Origin: Myxococcota bacterium
GTDB taxonomy: Bacteria > Myxococcota_A > UBA796 > SXON01
DNA length: 64,000 nt
Assembly (NCBI GenBank): GCA_040386535.1
Contig: JAZKFH010000055.1
Location: 19,817-83,816 of the forward strand
Direction of reading: 5' to 3'
Every line of letters starts with the position of its first letter. Positions within the stretch are counted from its first letter, which is position 1. Below the pieces are notes generated by a model, which had not been told where the DNA came from, did no database searches, and was given only the letters and a program-made list of their open reading frames with translations. Of this stretch, positions 42,653 through 50,603 are shown piece after piece. The position numbers and the translations under genes were made by a program.

Positions 42653-43756
42653 ATGTCGCTTCTGCCCGCCTCCGTTTCCCACCGCGCCCTGTGGGTGCCG
42701 CCCGTTCTCGCGATCCTGGCCTGCTCGGGTGGCGGCACGCCCGATCCCACGATGACGCCTGCCGTGCCCGCTGCGAACGTCCCGGTGGTCGCGCCGACCT
42801 CGACCGTGGCCCCCGCCGTAGCGCCGGTCGCGCCTGCGGGGCCTGCGATCGATCGGATCCGGCAGCGTGGCGAGATCCTCGTCGGGATGGACACTGGGGA
42901 GCCCGCGGGCGCCGGCACGCCGCCGATGTACTTCCTCGACGCCGCCGGCAAGCCGGATGGGTTCGACTACCAGGTGGCACGTTGGGTCGCGACCGCGATT
43001 GGGGTGCCCAACGTGCGCGTCGTCCACGGGAAGTATTCGGAGCTGCCCGAGTTGCTCGTGGACAAGCAGCAGTTCGACCTCATCGTGTCGGGTTACACGC
43101 CCGCGCCGACCGACGGGGTCGCCTGGTCGGACGGCTACCTCGACTTCGGGCTCTGCCTGGTGGTGCCCTCCAAATCGGACGTACGGACCGTTGCCGACTT
43201 GTGGGGCAAGGACGTGGGTATCTTCGACGATGATGCCGCGGCGGAGGCGGTGGAGACCATGGCCAAGGGGTACACGAGCCTGGTGCGTATGGAGGACGGG
43301 TATTGGGACGCCCTTTCGGCCGGAAAGGTCGCCGGCTTCATCTACGACTACCCATACGCCGTGGCGGAGCTCGCGGAGTGGTACGGGGACAACCCAAAGA
43401 AGGCGGGCACGTTTCGTATCGCCCAGTACAACCTGACGGACTCGACCTACGCCGCGGGTGTGCGTGCGAGTGAGCCGGAGCTGCTCGCCGCGGTGAACGA
43501 GGGCCTGGCGCGTTTCCGCAGCTCGGACGACTACGCGACCGCCGTTCGCAGCTACCTCTCCGGGGGGGACAAGAGCGAGGCACCCAAGGACAAGGGCCGC
43601 GTCTACACCGTGCAGAAGGGGGACACCCTGAGCAAGATCGCGGCACGCGAGCTCGGGGGGGCCAAGCGTTGGAAGGACATCTGGGCGCTCAACAAGTCCC
43701 GGTTCCCGAACCCGAACCTCATCGAGGTCAACGACCAGGTGGTGTTGCCGAGCTGA
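42653..43756 (+). CDS. Probable lipoprotein: SBP_bac_3-type solute-binding domain plus a C-terminal LysM domain
   Basis: Signal peptide with 'VLAILACSGG'. SBP_bac_3-like 'GFDYQVARWVATAIG..QFDLIVSGYTPAPTD..'. LysM 'YTVQKGDTLSKIAARELGGAKRWKDIWALNKSRFPNPNLIEVNDQVVLP'. Confidence 0.85.
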   Translation: MSLLPASVSHRALWVPPVLAILACSGGGTPDPTMTPAVPAANVPVVAPTSTVAPAVAPVAPAGPAIDRIRQRGEILVGMDTGEPAGAGTPPMYFLDAAGKPDGFDYQVARWVATAIGVPNVRVVHGKYSELPELLVDKQQFDLIVSGYTPAPTDGVAWSDGYLDFGLCLVVPSKSDVRTVADLWGKDVGIFDDDAAAEAVETMAKGYTSLVRMEDGYWDALSAGKVAGFIYDYPYAVAELAEWYGDNPKKAGTFRIAQYNLTDSTYAAGVRASEPELLAAVNEGLARFRSSDDYATAVRSYLSGGDKSEAPKDKGRVYTVQKGDTLSKIAARELGGAKRWKDIWALNKSRFPNPNLIEVNDQVVLPS

Positions 43757-45722
43757 CGGGGCGGACGAGCCGCAGCCCGATGCTCGAGCTGCGCGTCGTC
43801 GGGAGCGCGGCTCGACGGTAGGCCACCCGCTGGGCGCGCGCTGTGGCGTTCCAACTGCCGCCACGGTGGATCCGGGTCTCGCCGTCGTTGGCACCCACCG
43901 GATCGGTGGCGAGGTCCGCAGGGTAGTCCGCGTAGGCGTCCCAGGTCCACTCGCTGACGTTGCCGCTCATGTCGTACAGTCCGAGTCCATTTGGTCGAAG
44001 CGCGCCGACGGGGTGCGCCGCTCCGGCTGACGTGCGGTCGTACCAGGCGACCTCTCCGACCTGCGTCGACCCGGCGAACGCGTCCGGTGCGCTGCCCCCA
44101 GTGGCATCGGCCCGGGCCGCCGCCTCCCACTCGGCTTCGGTGGGCAATCGATAACCGTCGGCGTTTGGTCGCAGGACCACCGGGGGCCCCAGCACGTACG
44201 CAGGAACGAGCCCCTCGCGCGTGGAGAGGCGGTTGCAGAAGTCGACGGCCTCGTACCAGGTGACTCCCTCGACGGGTCGGTCGGCCGCGACGTGGGCACT
44301 CGGGTTGGTGCCCATCACGTCGGCCCAGAGGGCCTGATCGACCTCGTGGACGCCGACGAGCAGGGAGCCGGTGAGCGCGACCGGATGCGGCGTCTCGTCC
44401 TTCCAACGCTCGGCTTCGGCCGGAGGCGACCCCATGGTGAAGCGGCGCGGGGAGAGCGACACCATGGGGTAGCGCGCGGTGAGTGGAGCAGACGGGGTCA
44501 GGGCGGCGGTCGAGACGGGTACTTCCACGCTTGGGAGAGGCGTCGCGACGACCGGGTTGGTGTCGGAGCCGAGGGCCGCGAGATAGAGGAAAGTCGCGAC
44601 GATTCCGACTGCGCCGAGCGCCACCGCGCCGAGGAGAAGGTAGTAGACCGCGGATCGGCTTGGCGACGCCTTCCCCATCACCGCCGGTTTCGCGATGGGC
44701 GGCGCTTGCGACTTGACGGGTGTGGCCTGGGTCGCGACCGGCGGAGTTGGTGCCACGATGGGCGCGGGAGGTTCCGGCACGACCGACGGTCCGCGCCCGG
44801 GATCCGTGGCTTCGTCGTCCGAGAGGTCATCCGCGGCGACGAGCGCTCTCTCGAGCGCAATGTGCAGCGAGCCGCACGAGGGAAATCGCGCGGAGGGCGA
44901 GAGCGCGAGCGCGCGGCGGAGGAGATCGCATACGCCGGGCGAGAGGCCGGGGATGTGGGCTTCGGGGGGGTGAAATGCGCCCGAGACGATGTTGCGCATC
45001 GTGTCGTACTCGGTGTCGGCCTCGAACGGGAGGTGCCCGGTGAGGAGCTCGTAGAGCAGGACGCCGATGGCCCAGGTGTCGGTCTCCGGGCCCACGTCGT
45101 CGCCTCCGCGCACCTGCTCGGGGCTCATGTAGTGCAACGTGCCGACGCGAAGTCCGTCGTCCATGCGTTGCTTTCCCGTCGCCAGGGCGCTCCCCACGAT
45201 GACCTTGGCAATGCCGAAGTCCGTGACCATCGGGCGCAGGCGCCCTGGCCCCCTGGACGTGGCCGCGTCCCGCGCGAGCAGCACGTTCTCCGGCTTCAGG
45301 TCTCTGTGAATGATGCCGGCGCGATGCGCAACGTCCACGGCGTCGAGGACGGGGAGCAGCACCTCGAGGGCCTCGGAGAGGGTCATCCGGCGGCCCAGCG
45401 TCTCGAGGTGGCCTCGCAGCGACGGGCCCTCTACCAACTCCATCACGAGCCCGGACACGGGAGTGGTGAGGATGTCGGTGGCGCCGACGAGGTGTGGGTG
45501 GCGGAGCTGGGCCTGAATGCGACCCTCGGCCAGGAACCGAGCCCGAACATCCTCGATTTGCGCGTAGCGTTCATCGAGCACCTTCACCGCGTGAAGGCTT
45601 CGGAGCGCAACGTGACGAACACTGTAGACGCGTGCAAACGTGCCACTGCCGACGAGCTCGATCACCTCGTATCGTCCTTCCAGGAGAGCGCCGGGGGTCA
45701 GCAGAGTCAGAACGACGTCCAC
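43728..45722 (-). CDS. Ser/Thr protein kinase with a TM helix and an extracytoplasmic FGE-sulfatase (SUMF1-like) domain
   Basis: Kinase: 'LVGSGTFARVY', 'IIHRDLKPENVLL', 'VTDFGIAK', 'GTLHYMSPEQ'. TM 'VYYLLLGAVALGAVGIVATFLYLAAL'. FGE-like: 'RRFTMGSPP..', 'WYEAVDFCNRLS', 'GYRLPTEAEWEAAAR', 'GLYDMSGNVSEWTWD', 'RIHRGGSW'. The start is uncertain: GTG-45722 (16-nt overlap with the upstream gene) or ATG-45767. Confidence 0.85.
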   Translation of the reverse strand: MDVVLTLLTPGALLEGRYEVIELVGSGTFARVYSVRHVALRSLHAVKVLDERYAQIEDVRARFLAEGRIQAQLRHPHLVGATDILTTPVSGLVMELVEGPSLRGHLETLGRRMTLSEALEVLLPVLDAVDVAHRAGIIHRDLKPENVLLARDAATSRGPGRLRPMVTDFGIAKVIVGSALATGKQRMDDGLRVGTLHYMSPEQVRGGDDVGPETDTWAIGVLLYELLTGHLPFEADTEYDTMRNIVSGAFHPPEAHIPGLSPGVCDLLRRALALSPSARFPSCGSLHIALERALVAADDLSDDEATDPGRGPSVVPEPPAPIVAPTPPVATQATPVKSQAPPIAKPAVMGKASPSRSAVYYLLLGAVALGAVGIVATFLYLAALGSDTNPVVATPLPSVEVPVSTAALTPSAPLTARYPMVSLSPRRFTMGSPPAEAERWKDETPHPVALTGSLLVGVHEVDQALWADVMGTNPSAHVAADRPVEGVTWYEAVDFCNRLSTREGLVPAYVLGPPVVLRPNADGYRLPTEAEWEAAARADATGGSAPDAFAGSTQVGEVAWYDRTSAGAAHPVGALRPNGLGLYDMSGNVSEWTWDAYADYPADLATDPVGANDGETRIHRGGSWNATARAQRVAYRRAALPTTRSSSIGLRLVRPVSSATPPGR

Positions 45723-46966
45723 GCGCCGACCGGCGTACCACGCTTGCGACGAACCGCTACGCCCCATCCATCGGCCGCCAGGAGCGGCGCGCTGACGAAC
45801 CAACTCAAGCCGCCGCTGGCGCAGGTGACCGTCGACACCAGCGCCATGAGCACGAGCCCCTTTCCGGCCTGCCCATTGTAGAGCTGACCAACCCCCGGGA
45901 TGCAGACCAGCCCCAGAAGCGCGGCGAGCAACGGCGACGAGGTCCTGTCGGGTCGGAGCGTAGGCGCCGTGACGGGGACTCTCGCGGCGGTGGATGCGAC
46001 CGGCGCTGCGCCGACCGGCACCACCCCCACCGGCTCTGGGAGGCGCGTCACCGCGACGGACAGCGACGGCCGCTCCGGGAGCGGGGCGCCAGGAGTGGTG
46101 GCGAGCGCCAGGGCCTTCCGGAAGTCGTCGCAAGTGGCGAATCGCTCGCCGGGGTCGACCGCGAGCGCCTTGCGGATGCACGCGGCCACCACGGGGGGAA
46201 GCCCGCCGATGAGGCGCTCCGGCGGCGCGAACTGGCCCTCCACGATGTTCTTCATCGTGTCGAACTCCGAGTCCGCGGCGAACGCGACGCGGCCCGTGAC
46301 GACCTCGTACAGGATGGCGCCCAGCGCGAAGATGTCCGAGCGCGCGTCGAGGTCGACGCTCCCGCGCACCTGCTCGGGGCTCATGTAGAGGAGCGTCCCC
46401 ATGCGCATCCCCGCCTCGGTCTTGCGCTTCCCGAAGCGCGCGGCGTCGGCGCCGGTGATCTTCGCGATGCCGAAGTCGGCCACCATCGGGCGCGGGCGGC
46501 CCCGGCTGTCCTGGCTGACGATGATGTTCTCGGGTTTCAGGTCACGGTGAACGATCCCGAGCGCGTGCGCGGCGCCGACGGCGTCGAGAACCGGCAGAAG
46601 GAGGTCGAGCACCAGGGGCAGGGGCGGCGGGCCCCCGTGCGCCTGCACGAAGCCGTCGAGCGTCGGCCCCTCGACGTACTCCATCACCAGGCCCGCCACG
46701 GGCTGCGTGACGATGTCGGTCACCGGCACGATGTTCGGGTGGCGCAGCTGCGCCTGGATGCGGCCCTCCGCGAGGAAGCGGTTCCGCAGGTCCGGATCGG
46801 CGGCGAGCGTGTCGTCGAGCACCTTCAACGCGTGCTGGCTCAGCAGCGCGACATGCCGCACGAGGTACACGGACGCCATCGCGCCGCGGCCGATGGGTCG
46901 GACGATCTCGTAGCGGTTCTCGAGGAGGGTGCCGGGGGGGAGCATGAGGGGCGGCCACTGTACCAC
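45707..46966 (-). CDS. Ser/Thr protein kinase with a C-terminal TM2-like membrane segment
   Basis: Kinase: 'PIGRGAMASVY', 'IVHRDLKPENIIV', 'VADFGIAK', 'GTLLYMSPEQ'. C-terminus 'LLAALLGLVCIPGVGQLYNGQAGKGLVLMALV'. Start is GTG-46966 or ATG-46945. Confidence 0.85.
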   Translation of the reverse strand: MVQWPPLMLPPGTLLENRYEIVRPIGRGAMASVYLVRHVALLSQHALKVLDDTLAADPDLRNRFLAEGRIQAQLRHPNIVPVTDIVTQPVAGLVMEYVEGPTLDGFVQAHGGPPPLPLVLDLLLPVLDAVGAAHALGIVHRDLKPENIIVSQDSRGRPRPMVADFGIAKITGADAARFGKRKTEAGMRMGTLLYMSPEQVRGSVDLDARSDIFALGAILYEVVTGRVAFAADSEFDTMKNIVEGQFAPPERLIGGLPPVVAACIRKALAVDPGERFATCDDFRKALALATTPGAPLPERPSLSVAVTRLPEPVGVVPVGAAPVASTAARVPVTAPTLRPDRTSSPLLAALLGLVCIPGVGQLYNGQAGKGLVLMALVSTVTCASGGLSWFVSAPLLAADGWGVAVRRKRGTPVGAWTSF

Positions 46967-46977
46967 TGGGGGAGGGG

Positions 46978-48969
46978 CTACCAGCTCCCTCCACCGAAGC
47001 GATAGGTCTTCTTGATGGGCTGTGCCTTCACGATCGGCTGAAACTGCCAGGCGGTGACTTGTCTGGCCATGCAGGCTTCGAGCTCGGCGTCGGACCCGTT
47101 CACGCCCGACACGTGCACCGACGTCGTGGCTCCGTCCTTGGCGATCGTGAAGGACACCTCCCAGGCGCCCTTCAGGCCCTCCACCTGTTTCAACCGCTCG
47201 TTGTAGCAGCCCTGGAGCTGCGGCGAGGATGCGTTGATCACGGCCTTTGCCATGGCAATGATCTCGTCGTTGTCCGTGAGGCCCCCCGTCGGTGGGTGGT
47301 CTTCCCGCGGTGCGGGCCCGGGAACCACGCGAATCGGCGGATCGCTGCCCTGTCCGGCTGGTCTCGTTTTCTCCCGGGGCCGGGTGAGCGGGGGTTTCTC
47401 CCTCGGGGCCGGCGCGGCGGGCTCGACCGCGGGGGCAGCAGGGCTCGGCGCCTTTGGCCGGGCCGGCATGATCGAGGGCGCCGTCGCGGGGACCACTGGG
47501 GCGTCGGGGTACCCGTACAGCGAGGAAACGCCTGACCCGAGGCAGACCAGGAACCCCACGAGCGTGGCCACTCCGGCAAGCGTCGGGGCGGCGCCGCCGG
47601 ACTTGTCACGCGAAGCGTTGGAGGTGGGCGAGCTCACCGGTCCCATCCCACCAAACGCTACGGGCATCCCTATCCAACGCGCGGTGACGTCCTTGCCCGT
47701 CCAATGGCGTCCGTTCGGGGCGCGAGCCTTCGCCCGCGGTGCTTTGTTGATGAACTCGGCCACCTGGCTCGGCGTCGTCACCCGGGGGGGGAGCACGCGG
47801 GCGACGGACGCCCAGAAGTCGGCCGAGGTCGTGGTGTGCACGTAGGGGTCGGTCGCCTCGGGGGCCGCGGGCGGGGCTTCAGGAGAAGCCGCGAGTGCCC
47901 CGCCATGTTGCCCCGATGTGTGCAGCAGCCTCGCGTAGGCCGAAGCGGTTTCCGGCTTGGGGTCAACGGTGCGTATGGTAGCAGTTCCGGGGTAGCCGCG
48001 ACGGGTATCCACCGCGGACGCGACCGCGGCACCTTGGACCCGCTCGACAATCGTTGGGGCAACAGGACGGACTGGCCTCGATGCGGGCACCGCCGTCACC
48101 TCGGACGTAGGGGCAGTCGCTCGCGTTTTTGGCGTCCCCCCGAGCACGGCGGCCAACTCCGCACAGCTCCCGATCCGCGCGTCCCGATCCGGCTCCAGGC
48201 ACCCCGCGATCGCGGCGCGCCAGGCTCCGGGCACGTCCGCGCGCTCCGTCTCCACCCGCGCCCACCGCCCCGCCTGGATCGCCGAGTACGTCGTGAACAT
48301 GCTCGGGTAATCAAACGCCGCCCGCCCCATCAGCATCTCGTAGAGGATGCAGCCGAGCGCGAACACGTCCGCGCGGGCGTCGACCCCCTTCGCGTCGTCG
48401 TATTGCTCCGGCGACATGTACTGCGGCGTGCCCATCATCATCCCGGTGCGGGTGCGCCCCTTCGGCGTGTCGTCGTCGGCGAGCACCTTCGCGATGCCGA
48501 AGTCGCTCACCCGCGGCACCGGCACGGACCCCGACACGTCGAGGAGCACGTTGGCCGGCTTCAGATCGCGGTGCACCAGCCCGCGCGCGTGCGCCGCCCC
48601 CACTCCGGAAAGGATCCCCCGGAAGATCGCCTCGACTTCCGCGACGGGCAGCGGCCCGCGCTGTCCGATCCACGCCTCCAGCGTCGGCCCGTCGACGAAT
48701 TCCATGAGCAGCGCGGGCGCCCCGTCCACGTCCAACACGTCGGTCACGGCGACGAGGTTCGGATGCCGGAGGCCCGCCTGGATCCGTCCTTCCAACACCA
48801 GCCGGTCGCGCACCTGTGGCGCCGCCGTGGTGAGCACCTTGAGCGCATGCAGCGTGTTCAGCGTTCGATGGCGCACCCGGTACACCGCGGCCATGCCCCC
48901 GCCCCCGAGGAGTTCCTCCACGACGTAGCGATCGATGATTTGTCCGGCGGGCAACACGGCGTCGAGCAT
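46978..48969 (-). CDS. Ser/Thr protein kinase with an AgmX/PglI-type (TonB_C-like) C-terminal domain
   Basis: Kinase: 'LLGGGGMAAVY', 'LVHRDLKPANVLL', 'VSDFGIAK', 'GTPQYMSPEQ'. TM 'LAGVATLVGFLVCLGSGV'. C-terminus 'LQGCYNERLKQVEGLKGAWEVSFTIAKDGATTSVHVSG..LEACMARQVTAWQFQP' is typical of myxobacterial AgmX/PglI C-terminal domains. Confidence 0.85.
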   Translation of the reverse strand: MLDAVLPAGQIIDRYVVEELLGGGGMAAVYRVRHRTLNTLHALKVLTTAAPQVRDRLVLEGRIQAGLRHPNLVAVTDVLDVDGAPALLMEFVDGPTLEAWIGQRGPLPVAEVEAIFRGILSGVGAAHARGLVHRDLKPANVLLDVSGSVPVPRVSDFGIAKVLADDDTPKGRTRTGMMMGTPQYMSPEQYDDAKGVDARADVFALGCILYEMLMGRAAFDYPSMFTTYSAIQAGRWARVETERADVPGAWRAAIAGCLEPDRDARIGSCAELAAVLGGTPKTRATAPTSEVTAVPASRPVRPVAPTIVERVQGAAVASAVDTRRGYPGTATIRTVDPKPETASAYARLLHTSGQHGGALAASPEAPPAAPEATDPYVHTTTSADFWASVARVLPPRVTTPSQVAEFINKAPRAKARAPNGRHWTGKDVTARWIGMPVAFGGMGPVSSPTSNASRDKSGGAAPTLAGVATLVGFLVCLGSGVSSLYGYPDAPVVPATAPSIMPARPKAPSPAAPAVEPAAPAPREKPPLTRPREKTRPAGQGSDPPIRVVPGPAPREDHPPTGGLTDNDEIIAMAKAVINASSPQLQGCYNERLKQVEGLKGAWEVSFTIAKDGATTSVHVSGVNGSDAELEACMARQVTAWQFQPIVKAQPIKKTYRFGGGSW

Positions 48970-49017
48970 ACCCCGTGCTCCGGTGCGGAGTTCACCGCGC
49001 GGACACGGTCGTGGAAA

Positions 49018-50400
49018 TCAGCCGCCGGCCTGCTTGGGTGGAGTCGCATGCTTCCAGCCGGATTCCTGGCGCCATCGCAAGATTGGGTACTCTTTGTAGT
49101 GGGACAATGGCTTTCGAAGGCGGCTCGTGGTGGCGGCCCGAACGATGCCATAGGCGAATAGAAAGCACAGAAGTCCACAGACGACTCCCCCGAACTCCCC
49201 GTCCGCCAGCGCCTGGGAGAGGGCGAGCGCACCGAGGATCGCGCCCAACGTGCCAAACGTGTTCAGGGCGGATGTTCGACGATGCGCCCCACGACAATCC
49301 CCGCAGTAGGGAATACGGAGCTGACTCGTCTCCCAACGTCCCTGCTCCTGCCTGCACAGCGGGAGGATGTACGGAGGCGTGTCGCCAGCGGGTGGCCCTC
49401 CGCAGAACCAACACGAGGAGGCGCCCCGCTCTCGTGCCTCGATGAGCTCGCGCTCGAGCGCCGGACTTAGAGATCCTGTCGCCCTCTCCGGTGCCGCGCG
49501 CGGATCGGCCGCCGGACGCCGCACTACCGCCGAGCCAGCAACCGAAGAAGGGGCGAGCGCCCCCCCCAACGCCGTCACAAACGCCCCGCAATCCTGGAAC
49601 CGAGCGTCCGCGGCTGGCGCGAGCGCTGTCTGGATGCACTCCGCCAGCGCAGGACTGACCCCGGCCGCGACGCGCGCGGGCGGGTCGAAGCGGCCGTCCA
49701 CGATGTTGCGCATCGTGTCGAACTCGCTGTCGCCCGCGAAGGCCGGGCGCCCGGTCGCACACTCGTAGAGGATGGCGCCCAGCGCGAAGATGTCCGCGCG
49801 GGCGTCGACGTTGCTCGAGCCCCGGATCTGCTCTGGGCTCATGTAGTGCAGGGTGCCCATGCGCATGCCCGTGCGCGTCCTCTGTTTCCCCGCGTCGAGC
49901 GCGCTCGCTTCGAGCACCTTGGCGATCCCGAAGTCACCCACTACCGGCCACAGGTCGGTGCCTCGGCGCGTCACCAACACGTTGTCGGGCTTGAGATCGC
50001 GGTGGACGACCCCAGCGGCATGCGCGGCACCCACCGCGTCGAGCAGCGGGAGCATGATGACAGCGATCTCCCGCGGTTCGAGGGCGGCGACCCGCTCGGC
50101 GAGGAGCTGGGTGAGCGTCGGACCCTCGATGAGCTCCATCACGAGCCCGGCCACGGGGTCGGTGACGATGTCCGTCACCGCGATGATGTTGGGATGCCGA
50201 AGGCCGGCCTGGATGCGCCCTTCCGACAGGAAGCGGCTCCGCATCTCGGGGTCGTTGGCGAGGTGCGGGAGCAGCACCTTGATGGCGTGCGTGCTGTGGA
50301 GGAACTGGTGGCGTGTCCGGTAGACCGTCGCGAAGCCGCCTTCTCCGAGCGTGCCAGTTATGGTGTAGCGTCCATCGAGAATTGTGCCGACAGGAAGCAT
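49018..50400 (-). CDS. Ser/Thr protein kinase with a C-terminal Cys4 zinc-ribbon-like segment and two TM helices
   Basis: Kinase: 'TLGEGGFATVY', 'VVHRDLKPDNVLV', 'VGDFGIAK', 'GTLHYMSPEQ'. 'CWFCGG...CGDCRG' is followed by 'FGTLGAILGALALSQAL' and 'GGVVCGLLCFLFAYGIV'. The start is taken as ATG-50400; GTG-50427 is the earliest possible. Confidence 0.85.
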   Translation of the reverse strand: MLPVGTILDGRYTITGTLGEGGFATVYRTRHQFLHSTHAIKVLLPHLANDPEMRSRFLSEGRIQAGLRHPNIIAVTDIVTDPVAGLVMELIEGPTLTQLLAERVAALEPREIAVIMLPLLDAVGAAHAAGVVHRDLKPDNVLVTRRGTDLWPVVGDFGIAKVLEASALDAGKQRTRTGMRMGTLHYMSPEQIRGSSNVDARADIFALGAILYECATGRPAFAGDSEFDTMRNIVDGRFDPPARVAAGVSPALAECIQTALAPAADARFQDCGAFVTALGGALAPSSVAGSAVVRRPAADPRAAPERATGSLSPALERELIEARERGASSCWFCGGPPAGDTPPYILPLCRQEQGRWETSQLRIPYCGDCRGAHRRTSALNTFGTLGAILGALALSQALADGEFGGVVCGLLCFLFAYGIVRAATTSRLRKPLSHYKEYPILRWRQESGWKHATPPKQAGG

Positions 50401-50603
50401 GGGCGCGCACAGTAGCACGGGCACCACCGAGGACGATGCGTCTCGGGGACGGGGATGCCGTCCGCGGGGGGCGACGTCCTACGGGGTGGCCGGGGACCTC
50501 GTCGTCGGGCGCGGGGGCGGCCGGCGGCTGGTCGTGAGCACGCCCAGGCGCTCCGCTTGACGCCCCCACCGGTCTCTGCTCTGCTCCCGCCCCGGAGAAC
50601 GGA

